Origin: a bacterium
GTDB taxonomy: Bacteria > Methylomirabilota > Methylomirabilia > CAVQYV01
Length of the DNA stretch: 36,339 bases
Assembly: GCA_043800755.1 (NCBI GenBank)
Contig: JAZDMQ010000058.1
Coordinates: forward strand, 1 to 36,339
Direction of reading: 5' to 3'
Shown here: piece after piece, positions 1 to 12,053 of the stretch
How positions within the stretch are numbered: the stretch's first letter is position 1
Layout: each line of letters begins with the position of its first letter
Notes under the pieces: model-generated
What the model saw: the letters and a program-made list of their open reading frames with translations, nothing else
What the model was told of the DNA's origin: nothing
Databases searched by the model: none
Made by a program: the position numbers and the translations under genes

Positions 1-150
1 TTTCAGTTCCTGGGCCACCGCCAGGAGGCCCAGGGGGATCAGGGCCTGGATGAGGGCCAATTTGGCGTCCAGGTCTTCGGGTGCTTGAAGGGTAGAGAGG
101 ACGATCGGTTTCACCTTGCCTTTTCTTCTGATTCGGAATACGCTCTTCAT
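1..150 (-). CDS. Probable IS256-family transposase, N-terminal 50 aa (truncated by window)
   Basis: Manual translation: MKSVFRIRRKGKVKPIVLSTLQAPEDLDAKLALIQALIPLGLLAVAQELK. ATG at 150 with AAAGGAG upstream. The LIQALIPLGL-AV-EL segment resembles N-termini of an IS256 subgroup. Absent from the ORF track. Confidence 0.65.
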   Translation of the reverse strand, partial: MKSVFRIRRKGKVKPIVLSTLQAPEDLDAKLALIQALIPLGLLAVAQELK

Positions 151-250
151 GGAGCGGCTCCTTTCTCTGTGGGTTGTGGGTTTGTTGCCAAATACACTTC
201 ACCACAAAGGAGTCGCTTCGTCAATTTTCAACTAAGAATGGCACACCCTC
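1..250 (-). mobile_element. Left end of a probable IS256-family insertion sequence (continues beyond the window start)
   Basis: The minus strand begins GAGGGTGTGCCATTCTTAGTTGAAAATTG at 250, resembling IS256-family terminal IRs as I recall them. An SD (AAAGGAG) and a transposase-like ORF follow about 100 nt inside. The partner IR and target duplication are not visible. Confidence 0.65.
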
Positions 251-360
251 GGTCTGGCATACTCGAGAAGGTGAGGCATTTTCCGGACTTAAAGACCCCT
301 TCCGCAATAGAATGCCATCGGGAACGGAAGGCTGGCTCCGGAATATCTTGCAAAAAGTCC

Positions 361-389
361 TTGAAATTCCCGGCCTTAGGTGCTAACAT
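361..389 (+). promoter_or_regulatory. Sigma70-type promoter for the trm112-epimerase-kds operon
   Basis: TTGAAA (361-366), 17-bp spacer, extended -10 TGcTAACAT (381-389), about 50 nt upstream of the first ATG. Confidence 0.6.
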
Positions 390-440
390 GCTGAGGTTTA
401 ATCGTGGCTTGACTCTCCTTTCTTCCCAAAGGAGGAAAAA

Positions 441-605
441 ATGATCAAGAAAGAATTGTTGGAAATCTTGGCCTGCCCGGCGTGCAAGGGAGAAGTCTAT
501 CTCGACGCCGAGAAAGAAAAGATCATCTGCAAAGCCTGCAAGAAGAGGTACCCGGTCCGGGATGGGATTCCGGTGATGCTGGTCGAAGAGGCAGAGGAAG
601 GTTGA
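441..605 (+). CDS. Trm112/YcaR-family small Zn-ribbon protein (54 aa)
   Basis: Manual translation MIKKELLEILACPACKGEVYLDAEKEKIICKACKKRYPVRDGIPVMLVEEAEEG. LLEILACP-CK and YPVRDGIPVML motifs; SD AAGGAGG. Below the ORF-track cutoff. Confidence 0.92.
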   Translation: MIKKELLEILACPACKGEVYLDAEKEKIICKACKKRYPVRDGIPVMLVEEAEEG

Positions 606-687
606 ACAAATCCGATTCCCTCTCCCGGCGCCTGGAAAGCGCAGAAAGGGCTTATTCCGGGATGGAAAAAACATGGAGATCTAAGTA

Positions 688-1626
688 ATGCGGATTTTGG
701 TAACCGGGGGGGCTGGATTCATCGCCTCTCACATCGCGGAGGCTTATTTAAGGGCGAAGCACGACGTAATCGTCGTGGATAACCTCTCTCAGGGCAAAGA
801 GGAACACGTCCCCCGGGGGGCCACCTTTCATCATTTGGACATCCTGGATCCCGGACTGGAGGAAATAGTCTCCCGCGAGAGGCCAGAGGTGATCAGCCAT
901 CATGCGGCCCAGATCGATGTGCGGAGGTCAGTGGCAGATCCTGCCTTTGACGCCAAGGTCAATATTTTGGGGACGCTTCAGCTTTTGACCTGGGCCAGGC
1001 AATATGGAACACGCATGGTCATCTTCGCCTCCTCCGGAGGAACCATATACGGGGAAGAAAACACCCTGCCCATCTCCGAGGAGCACCCGGCAAGGCCCCA
1101 ATCGCCCTATGGGCTCAGCAAGTATGTAGGGGAATGCTATCTCGAGCTCCATCGGGCTCTATTTGGCCTCGATGCGGTGATACTCCGCTATGCAAATGTC
1201 TATGGGCCGCGGCAGGACCCCAAGGGAGAGGCTGGAGTGATGGCCATCTTTTGCGAGAACATCCTGGAGGGGAAGCCGCTGACGGTCTTTGGGGACGGGT
1301 CCCAGACCCGCGATTATGTCTTTGTCTCCGATGTGGTCGAGGCGAACCTCCTGGCTTTAAACATGAAGGGATTTCATATCCTGAACATCGGAACAGAGAG
1401 GGAAACCTCGGTCAACGAACTAATCCACTTCTTCGAGGAAACCCTGGGCCGGGCGCTCCCTCATCATCATGCCCCGTCCAGGCAGGGGGAGTTGCAGAGG
1501 AGTTGTCTCGCCATATCTCGGGCCGAAACAACCTTGGGCTGGAGGCCCAAAGTCCCCCTATCGGAAGGAATCAGGGAGACCTTCGGCTGGCTCCAACAGG
1601 CGGAGAAGTCAGAGGTCAAGACATGA
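688..1626 (+). CDS. NAD-dependent epimerase/dehydratase (UDP-glucose 4-epimerase-like, extended SDR)
   Basis: GGAGFIASH Rossmann motif, YGLSK catalytic motif, RYANVYGPRQ, GDGSQTRDYVFV. Confidence 0.9.
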   Translation: MRILVTGGAGFIASHIAEAYLRAKHDVIVVDNLSQGKEEHVPRGATFHHLDILDPGLEEIVSRERPEVISHHAAQIDVRRSVADPAFDAKVNILGTLQLLTWARQYGTRMVIFASSGGTIYGEENTLPISEEHPARPQSPYGLSKYVGECYLELHRALFGLDAVILRYANVYGPRQDPKGEAGVMAIFCENILEGKPLTVFGDGSQTRDYVFVSDVVEANLLALNMKGFHILNIGTERETSVNELIHFFEETLGRALPHHHAPSRQGELQRSCLAISRAETTLGWRPKVPLSEGIRETFGWLQQAEKSEVKT

Positions 1627-2605
1627 GGGGCTTGGAGTCGATATTCCCGCACTTTCAGGGCAAGAGGCTCCTGGTGGTGGGGGATATCATGGTCGACGAG
1701 TACATCTGGGGCAGCGTCTCTCGCATCTCTCCCGAGGCCCCGGTCCCCGTGGTAGAGGTCAGGACCGAAGAACTCCGCTTGGGGGGCGCGGCGAATGTGG
1801 CAGCCAATGTCCGCTCTCTGGGAGGGGAGGCAATCCTCCTCGGAGTGGTGGGGGACGATGCGCTGGCGGAACGCCTTGCCGACGATCTGGCGAGGGCGGG
1901 AATTGATGGCACCGGCATCCTGGTCGATACAGGCAGGCCTACCACGATCAAGACTCGGATCGTCGCCGGCACCCAGCAAATCGTGAGATTCGACAAGGAG
2001 AGCCTGGAGGAGGTTTCCGGAGAGAACCTCACCAAGCTGTTTTCGAAGGTGGAGGGGAGGCTGGCCGAAGTGGATGGCCTGATCATCTCCGATTATGGCA
2101 AGGGGGTTGTCTCCAGAGCCTTTCTGCAATGGCTTATCCCCAGGGCCCTGCAGTGGAAGAAGATCATCGCGATTGACCCCAAGGAAAACCATTTCGCCCT
2201 GTATCGGGGTGCGACGGTCATTACGCCCAACCATAGAGAGGCGGGCAATGCCCAGGGAAAATCGATCAGGACGGAAGAGGATCTCGATGCCGTAGGGTCG
2301 GGTCTGCTTTCGGAAACCGACGTGGAGGCAGTTTTGATTACCCGGGGGGCCCAGGGGATGCGCCTGTTCGAAAGAGGAAGGTCCCCGGTGCAGATCGACA
2401 CGGTGGCCCGTGAGGTCTATGATGTGGTGGGGGCAGGCGATACCGTCATCGGAGCCCTCACCCTGTCATTGGCCGCGGGGGCGAATCTGGAAGAGGCCGC
2501 CCGCATCTCCAATTATGCCGCCAGCGTGGTGGTGGGAAAGAAAGGAACGGCGACCGTGACCGTGAAGGAACTGCAAGGCTCCCTGAAGGCCAATCGGAGG
2601 AAGGC

Positions 2606-2609
<4 letters not shown>
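1623..2609 (+). CDS. rfaE1: D-glycero-beta-D-manno-heptose-7-phosphate kinase (stand-alone RfaE domain I)
   Basis: VVGDIMVDEY, RISPEAPVPV, LGGAANVA, SDYGKG, DVVGAGDT (PfkB family). True start is the ATG at 1623, an ATGA overlap with the upstream stop; the track's 1134 start is an artefact. Confidence 0.93.
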
Positions 2610-5842
<3,233 letters not shown>

Positions 5843-6808
5843 ATGGACGCAGAAATCGAACAGGCAAAGAGGGTATTGAAGATAGAGTCAGAGGCCATCC
5901 TGAACCTCATTCCAAGATTGGACCGTAGATTCAGCGAGGCGGTGCAGATCCTTTTCGAGTGCCGCGGAAGGGTGGTACTGACAGGAATGGGAAAGTCTGG
6001 CTTCATTGCCAATAAGATAGCAGCCACCCTTGCCAGCACTGGAACACCCGCCTTTTTCATGCATCCTGCGGAAGGGATTCATGGCGATCTGGGCATGGTG
6101 GTCAGGGGAGATGCGGTCATTGCCATCTCCAACAGTGGAGAAACGAAAGAGATCGTCGACCTCTTGCCGAGCATCCAGCGCTTGGGGGTAAAGCTCCTTT
6201 CCTTAGTGGGAAGACTTAATTCCACTTTGGCGAAGATGAGTGATGTGGCCCTGGATGTCAGTGTGGCGGAGGAGGCCTGCCCGTTGGGATTGGCCCCCAC
6301 CGCCAGCACCACCGCGGCGCTGGCCATGGGTGATGCCCTGGCGGTGGTGCTTCTGGAGGCCAGGGGATTCAAGGAGGAGGACTTTGCTCTATTTCACCCT
6401 GGTGGATCCATTGGTAGAAGGCTCTTGGTCAGGGTGAAGGACCTCATGCACGCCGGCGAGGAGGTCCCCAAGGTGAGAGGCGATACCTTGATGAAGGACG
6501 CCATCCTGGAGGTGACCAGCAAGAAGCTAGGGGTCACCTCGGTGGTGAATGACAAAGGGGAACTGGTGGGTATCTTGACCGACGGTGATCTGCGGCGGGC
6601 CCTGGAGCGCGGCGGAAACATATTACCCCATGGGGTGTCCGAATACATGACCCACAACCCAAAGGTGATCGATGAGGAGGAATTGGCTGCCAAGGCCCTG
6701 CGGATCATGGAGAGCCATGCCATTACCTCCCTCCTGATCGTCGATCCTGAGCGGCGGGTTAAGGGAATCATCCATATGCATGATATCTTGAGGTCCGGGG
6801 TGGTATAG
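5843..6808 (+). CDS. kdsD: Arabinose-5-phosphate isomerase KpsF/GutQ (SIS + CBS pair)
   Basis: GMGKSG, ASTGTPAFF-HPAE-HGDLG, EACPLGLAPTAST, HPGGS-G, C-terminal CBS domains. Confidence 0.95.
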   Translation: MDAEIEQAKRVLKIESEAILNLIPRLDRRFSEAVQILFECRGRVVLTGMGKSGFIANKIAATLASTGTPAFFMHPAEGIHGDLGMVVRGDAVIAISNSGETKEIVDLLPSIQRLGVKLLSLVGRLNSTLAKMSDVALDVSVAEEACPLGLAPTASTTAALAMGDALAVVLLEARGFKEEDFALFHPGGSIGRRLLVRVKDLMHAGEEVPKVRGDTLMKDAILEVTSKKLGVTSVVNDKGELVGILTDGDLRRALERGGNILPHGVSEYMTHNPKVIDEEELAAKALRIMESHAITSLLIVDPERRVKGIIHMHDILRSGVV

Positions 6809-6858
6809 GGTGCGAAGGGGCTGAAGATTGAACCGGTATTGATGATATCGCATCTATT

Positions 6859-7386
6859 ATGGAAAAGCAGATCGTCGAGAAGGCAAAGAGGATCAAGATG
6901 TTGCTGATGGACGTGGACGGTGTGCTGACCGATGGGTCCATTCTCTATGCCAGCGGGAGGCAAGAGGTCAAAGCCTTCTTCGTTCATGATGGATTGGGAC
7001 TTCGAATGGCTCAGCGCGCAGGGATCATCACCGCTCTTATCTCCGCGAGGGAATCTGAGATGGTTGCTCGCCGAGCAGCGGAACTTCAAATCCTTGAAGT
7101 GCATCAGAGGATAGAGGAGAAGATCTCAGTCTGGGAGGAACTCCTGGAGAAATACCGGCTTCAGCCTGAAGATGTGGCGATGATGGGAGACGATTTGAGC
7201 GACCTTCCCCTGCTGCGACGGGCAGGCCTCTCTATTGCCGTCGCCAATGCCGTGGACGAAGTGAAGTCTCGGGTGGATTATGTGACCCAACACCGGGGGG
7301 GGAGAGGCGCGGTGAGGGAAGTGGTGGAGCTGATCCTCCGAGCCCGGGGTCAATATGAGGAGGGACTCCAACGATTTCTGCAATGA
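6859..7386 (+). CDS. kdsC: KDO-8-phosphate phosphatase (HAD IIIA)
   Basis: DVDGVLTDG, DGLG, MGDDLSD, GGRGAVREV; context. Confidence 0.95.
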   Translation: MEKQIVEKAKRIKMLLMDVDGVLTDGSILYASGRQEVKAFFVHDGLGLRMAQRAGIITALISARESEMVARRAAELQILEVHQRIEEKISVWEELLEKYRLQPEDVAMMGDDLSDLPLLRRAGLSIAVANAVDEVKSRVDYVTQHRGGRGAVREVVELILRARGQYEEGLQRFLQ

Positions 7387-7417
7387 CCACCTCTTAGGGA
7401 AAGGTCGGTTTTTTTTT
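7384..7417 (+). terminator. Possible weak intrinsic terminator after kdsC
   Basis: GACC...GGTC stem followed by 9 T (7409-7417). The stem is short. Confidence 0.3.
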
Positions 7418-7445
7418 CAATCTTCAACCTAAATGGAGGAGCAAG

Positions 7446-8600
7446 ATGGGGCGGAACCATTATTTTCTCACCTCGGAATCAGTGACGGAAGGCCATCCGG
7501 ACAAGATCGCCGATCAGATCTCCGACGCGGTATTAGATTCGATCTATGAGAAGGATCCCAACGGGCGGGTTGCCTGTGAGACCTTGGTCACCACTGGGCT
7601 GGCCTTCGTGGCCGGTGAGATTTCCACCAATTGTTATGTAGATATTCCGAAGATCGTGCGCGAAACCATCCGGGATATTGGATATACCCGGGCCAAATAC
7701 GGATTTGATTACGAGACCTGCGCGGTGATCACGGCAATTCAAGAGCAATCTCCTGATATCGCTTTAGGGGTAGATGTGCTGGGGGCGGGCGACCAGGGAC
7801 TGATGTATGGCTATGCCACCAAAGAAACTTCCGAGCTGATGCCCCTCCCAATTATGTTGGCCCATAAGCTGGTCCGACAGCTGGCTGATGTCCGTAAGAA
7901 GGGGATCCTTGAGTATATTCGTCCCGACGGCAAGTCCCAGGTTACGATTGAATATAAGGACGGGAGGCCGGCCCGCGTGGACACGGTGGTCATCTCAGCT
8001 CAGCACAGCCCCGAGGTGAGCTTGAGGCAGATCCGGGAGGATGTCGTCGAAAAGGTCATCCTGCCCATCCTCCCCAGGGACCTATATGATCCAGAGCGGA
8101 TCACCTTCCACATCAATCCCACCGGGAGATTTGTCGTGGGGGGCCCCCAGGGGGATACGGGTTTGACCGGGCGGAAGATCATTGCCGACACCTACGGGGG
8201 AGTGGGAAGCCATGGAGGGGGGTGCTTTTCGGGCAAAGACCCCACCAAGGTAGATCGGTCCGGCTCTTACGCGGCCCGGTATATTGCGAAGAATATCGTG
8301 GCTGCCAACCTGGCAGAGAAGTGCGAGGTGCAGCTGGCCTATGCGATCGGGGTGCAACAGCCGATCTCGGTGGTAATTGACACCAAGGAGACCGGAACCG
8401 TGCCTGACGATGAGATCCAAAAGGCCGTACGGAAGCACTTCGACTTTAGCCCAGCGGGCATCATCAAGGCCCTGGACCTGAGGCGACCCATCTTCAAAAA
8501 GACCGCTGCCTACGGGCACTTTGGCCGCATGGAGCCTGAGTTTACTTGGGAGAAGGTTGATTTGGTGGAGGCTCTAACTGCCGAGCTGAAAACCTCCTGA
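7446..8600 (+). CDS. metK: S-adenosylmethionine synthetase
   Basis: [59 protein letters not shown]. Confidence 0.98.
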   Translation: MGRNHYFLTSESVTEGHPDKIADQISDAVLDSIYEKDPNGRVACETLVTTGLAFVAGEISTNCYVDIPKIVRETIRDIGYTRAKYGFDYETCAVITAIQEQSPDIALGVDVLGAGDQGLMYGYATKETSELMPLPIMLAHKLVRQLADVRKKGILEYIRPDGKSQVTIEYKDGRPARVDTVVISAQHSPEVSLRQIREDVVEKVILPILPRDLYDPERITFHINPTGRFVVGGPQGDTGLTGRKIIADTYGGVGSHGGGCFSGKDPTKVDRSGSYAARYIAKNIVAANLAEKCEVQLAYAIGVQQPISVVIDTKETGTVPDDEIQKAVRKHFDFSPAGIIKALDLRRPIFKKTAAYGHFGRMEPEFTWEKVDLVEALTAELKTS

Positions 8601-8669
8601 AGCGATTCGCAGGCGAGGAGCTGGACTGAGAGGCAGAGAAGGCAACTCGACTCTAACTATTATTCATTA

Positions 8670-8682
8670 AATCAATAGGTTA
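8670..8682 (+). promoter_or_regulatory. IHF-consensus site in an AT-rich spacer upstream of ahcY
   Basis: AATCAA-TAGG-TTA matches WATCAANNNNTTR exactly and has an AT-rich 5' flank. Confidence 0.45.
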
Positions 8683-8732
8683 AGATAATAACTAAAAGTA
8701 ATTTATCAAGCGTTTTGGCTAAAGGAGGAAAG

Positions 8733-9989
8733 GTGAAGTTCGATATTGCCGACATCAATCTTGCTGATAAGGGAAAGGTCCGCATCGAATGGGCCCAGCA
8801 GAGCATGCCCGTCCTGTCCTTAGTAAAGGAGCGGTTCAGCAGGCAGCAACCTCTGAAGGGCATTAGGCTTTCCGCCTGCCTGCACGTCACCACGGAAACT
8901 GCCAATCTGATGGATACCCTCAAGGCGGGCGGAGCCGAGGTATCCCTCTGTGCCTCTAACCCGTTGAGTACCCAAGATGACGCCGCCGCCTCCCTGGTGA
9001 AGCATTTCGGAGTGCCGGTCTTCGCTATTAAAGGGGAAGACAAGGAGACTTACTACCGCCATCTTTACTCTGCCATTGAGTTTGGACCCCAAATCACCAT
9101 GGACGACGGGGCCGATACGATCTCGGTGCTTCATTCCCAACGCAGGGATCTAATCCCGCAGGTGATCGCGGGGACTGAGGAGACCACCACCGGGGTCATT
9201 CGCCTCAAGAGCATGGAGAAGAAGGGGGTCCTGGCCTATCCGATCATTGCGGTCAATGATGCCAAAACGAAGCATTTCTTTGACAATCGCTACGGGACTG
9301 GACAAAGCACCATTGATGGGATCTTGAGGGCGACCAACCTCCTCTTGGCTGGGAAGCGTTTCGTGGTCTGTGGTTACGGCTGGTGCGGCCGCGGGGTAGC
9401 CATGCGGGCTCGAGGGATGGGCTCCAATGTGATCGTTGTCGAAACAGACCCGCTCCGCGCGCTGGAGGCGCTCATGGATGGATACACCGTGCTTTCCGGC
9501 CTGGAGGCATCCAAGATAGGCGAGGTCTTCGTGACGGTCACCGGGAATACTCAGGTGCTGAGGCGGGAGCACTTCTTGGCGATGAGGGACGGAACGGTGA
9601 TCTGCAATTCCGGCCATTTCAATGTAGAGATCGATATTGGTGCCCTGGAGGCATTGTCGGTCTCCCATCGTCCGAGTCGCGATTTCGTTGAGGAGTATAC
9701 CCTGAAGGACGGAAGACGGATCTATCTGCTGGGGGAGGGGCGCCTGATCAACCTCGTCTCCGCCGAAGGCCATCCCGCGAGCGTGATGGATATGAGCTTT
9801 GCCAACCAGGCCCTTTCGGTGGAGTACGCGGTGAAGAATCGCGAAAGGATGGAGAAGAGGGTCTATCCCGTCCCCGAGGAGATCGATTCCGAGATTGCCC
9901 GGCTCAAGCTGCAGGCGATGGGAGTGATGATCGACCAATTGACCGAGGAGCAGAAGAAGTACTTGGCCTCTTGGGAAATGGGAACTTAG
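8733..9989 (+). CDS. ahcY: S-adenosylhomocysteine hydrolase
   Basis: [62 protein letters not shown] start at 8733 follows SD AAGGAGG. Confidence 0.97.
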   Translation: MKFDIADINLADKGKVRIEWAQQSMPVLSLVKERFSRQQPLKGIRLSACLHVTTETANLMDTLKAGGAEVSLCASNPLSTQDDAAASLVKHFGVPVFAIKGEDKETYYRHLYSAIEFGPQITMDDGADTISVLHSQRRDLIPQVIAGTEETTTGVIRLKSMEKKGVLAYPIIAVNDAKTKHFFDNRYGTGQSTIDGILRATNLLLAGKRFVVCGYGWCGRGVAMRARGMGSNVIVVETDPLRALEALMDGYTVLSGLEASKIGEVFVTVTGNTQVLRREHFLAMRDGTVICNSGHFNVEIDIGALEALSVSHRPSRDFVEEYTLKDGRRIYLLGEGRLINLVSAEGHPASVMDMSFANQALSVEYAVKNRERMEKRVYPVPEEIDSEIARLKLQAMGVMIDQLTEEQKKYLASWEMGT

Positions 9990-10150
9990 GAGGGTAAGGC
10001 CCTGACCTCCGGTTGGGTGCTCCAGCAACCAACCGGTAGCCGACTGAGGGACGCCGTCTTTTTGCCATTGCGGTGGGACAGGAGTGAGGAAGGCTCACCC
10101 TGGGCTTTCGATGGAATGGGGCGGGTGGCTATAGCTGAAGGAGGCCGATC

Positions 10151-10582
10151 ATGAGGAAATCAACAGGGATGCTCATCTTATTGATTTGGGCCCTTTGCTT
10201 CCCGGTGATGGCTGCCGCAGAAGAGCAGGGCGGGATAACCAATGTGCTCGAGGCCCTGGGAAAGCAGAAGATAGAACCCCAGCAGGCCTGGAAGACAACC
10301 CCCCTGTTGGTGGGGCCCAACTGTACCCTCAACCTGGCCCAGCTGAATCTGGTGGTAAAAAGCCACTACCACCAGACCCATGACGAGATTGTCTATATTG
10401 TGCGGGGCAATGGGCTGGTCACCATTGGGGAACAGGAATACCAGGTGTGGCCGGGCTATGCCTATCTGGTTCCCCAGGGGACCGTTCATCGCTTCGTCAA
10501 CCTGGGCCCGGACGCTGCGGTAGTGCTCTCCATCTTCTCCCCAGCCTTCGACGGCAAGGACCGGGTCTTCGTAGAAGAATAA
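10151..10582 (+). CDS. Cupin-domain protein with predicted N-terminal signal peptide
   Basis: SD GAAGGAGG; MRK plus hydrophobic stretch plus AAA cleavage-like site; cupin motif 1 HYHQTHDE-VYIVRG-G and motif 2 PG-YLVPQGTVHRF-N. Confidence 0.85.
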   Translation: MRKSTGMLILLIWALCFPVMAAAEEQGGITNVLEALGKQKIEPQQAWKTTPLLVGPNCTLNLAQLNLVVKSHYHQTHDEIVYIVRGNGLVTIGEQEYQVWPGYAYLVPQGTVHRFVNLGPDAAVVLSIFSPAFDGKDRVFVEE

Positions 10583-10775
10583 CGGCTTGGCCCCAAGGAG
10601 GTCGCAGGTTCATGTGGTCTGGCGGCCTCGATTAAGCAAAGGCGAGGGCGGAGGAAACCCCCCGGTGCCGGACCTTTTAAGGGCACCATTGAGGCTCTCG
10701 ACCGCCAGAGCAGGGCGTCCCGCTTGAAGGGGACTTCAGGTGTTGGGAGAGGGGAGGTGGCATCGAGAAGGGATA

Positions 10776-11687
10776 TTAGTCTTCTTGGAATAGGGCATCG
10801 ACGAAGGCCCGGGGGTTGAATTCTTGGAGATCTTCCAAGCCTTCCCCCAAGCCGACATATCTCACCGGAATCTTCAACGCATCAGCAACGGCCACCACGA
10901 TTCCCCCCTTGGCCGTTCCATCCAACTTGGCGATTACCAAACCAGTGACCCCCACCGCCGCGTGAAACTCCTTGGCTTGCCGAAGACCATTGTTTCCAGT
11001 GGTGGCATCAAGGACCAAAAGGACCTCATGGGGCCCCCCCTCCATCTGGCGGTTAATGGTACGCTTCATTTTCCTGAGCTCCTCCATAAGTCCCCGGTTG
11101 GTGTGCAAGCGCCCCGCTGTATCGAAGATCAGGACATCCTTCTTGCGCGCCCGGGCGGAGGCCACCGCATCGAAGGCCACGGCCGAGGGATCGCCACCCG
11201 GCTGATGGTGGATCATCTCTACGCCAATCCGCTCCGCCCAGATTTTCAGCTGGTCAATGGCAGCGGCGCGAAAGGTATCCGCTGCAGCCAAGAGCACCTC
11301 TTTTCCCTGACCCTTATAGCGGTAGGCGAGCTTGGCAATGGTCGTGGTCTTTCCCGTTCCGTTCACACCGAGGACGAGGACCAGGTGGGGGTTCTCCATT
11401 TTGACTTCGTTTGTTGCTTTATTTAAGATAGATAACAGTTGACCCTTCAGAAAAGACTTTAAGTCTTGCGCGTCCTTTATTGCCGATCTTCTGATTCTTT
11501 CCCGAAGACTGACGAGGAGGGTTTGGGTGGTGGGAACTCCAATATCCGCCGCCAGAAGGATCTCCTCCAGTTCCTCTAAGGAGGCTTCGCTGATCGCCTT
11601 CCCCGAAAAAAGGCCCTGCATCCTTCCGCCGAGGACCTCCTGAGTCCTCTTTAGTCCTGTCTTTAACTGGCTGAAGAGATTCATCAT
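10776..11687 (-). CDS. ftsY: Signal recognition particle receptor FtsY (short form without a long acidic domain)
   Basis: [52 protein letters not shown]. Confidence 0.97.
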   Translation of the reverse strand: MMNLFSQLKTGLKRTQEVLGGRMQGLFSGKAISEASLEELEEILLAADIGVPTTQTLLVSLRERIRRSAIKDAQDLKSFLKGQLLSILNKATNEVKMENPHLVLVLGVNGTGKTTTIAKLAYRYKGQGKEVLLAAADTFRAAAIDQLKIWAERIGVEMIHHQPGGDPSAVAFDAVASARARKKDVLIFDTAGRLHTNRGLMEELRKMKRTINRQMEGGPHEVLLVLDATTGNNGLRQAKEFHAAVGVTGLVIAKLDGTAKGGIVVAVADALKIPVRYVGLGEGLEDLQEFNPRAFVDALFQED

Positions 11688-11690
11688 TCC

Positions 11691-12053
11691 TCAAATAGAC
11701 AATTCTTTCTCTAAGGCCGGGGCGAGGATTCGGCATTGAAAAAGCGCCTGGCCCAGATTTCCATCTTGATGGACGAGCAAGACCAGGAAGAACAGATCTT
11801 TGAGAGGGGTTACCACCAGAATCGCCTTTTGCAGCTCCAGCACAATGCCCCTGACTACCCCCTGGTTCAGGCGGCTCACTGTGGAGAGGATATCGCGCAC
11901 CACCAACCCGTACCGGGCCCCAATCCATTCCACATCAAAGCCGGGCTCTTTCGAGTAACAGTCTATCGCCTCCCCCTCCATGCTGATCACGACGGAAGCG
12001 ATTCCCCCCTCAACCTTCTGGACGAGAGAGTTCAAGGCCTCTTTGATTTCCAT
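11691..12053 (-). CDS. Roadblock/LC7 (MglB-like) domain protein
   Basis: About 120 aa with L-LV-VEGGIASVVISMEGEAI and DGNLGQA motifs typical of Roadblock/LC7 proteins; ATG at 12053 after GGAGGGAGAC. Confidence 0.8.
   Translation of the reverse strand: MEIKEALNSLVQKVEGGIASVVISMEGEAIDCYSKEPGFDVEWIGARYGLVVRDILSTVSRLNQGVVRGIVLELQKAILVVTPLKDLFFLVLLVHQDGNLGQALFQCRILAPALEKELSI

Noticed and set aside
85..688. Track ORFs 85-444, 174-386, 228-674 and 482-688
   Set aside because: They cross the IS end, promoter or Trm112 gene and have no recognisable features.
1134..1622. N-terminal extension of RfaE1 (491-aa ORF)
   Set aside because: It overlaps the epimerase in another frame; homology begins at the ATG at 1623.
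7387..7445. SAM riboswitch before metK
   Set aside because: The spacer is only 59 nt and lacks SAM-I/II consensus elements.
8601..8732. SAH riboswitch before ahcY
   Set aside because: GAGGAGC is present but the following GCTGC and downstream AGGCTC/CGGCGCT elements are not; the rest of the spacer is AT-rich.
10583..10775. 6S RNA, SRP RNA or tRNA-Sec downstream of ftsY
   Set aside because: No end-to-end pairing rod with central bubble, no SRP helix-8 CAGGTCCGGAAGGAAGCAGC motif and no cloverleaf. Kept only as an unassigned structure.
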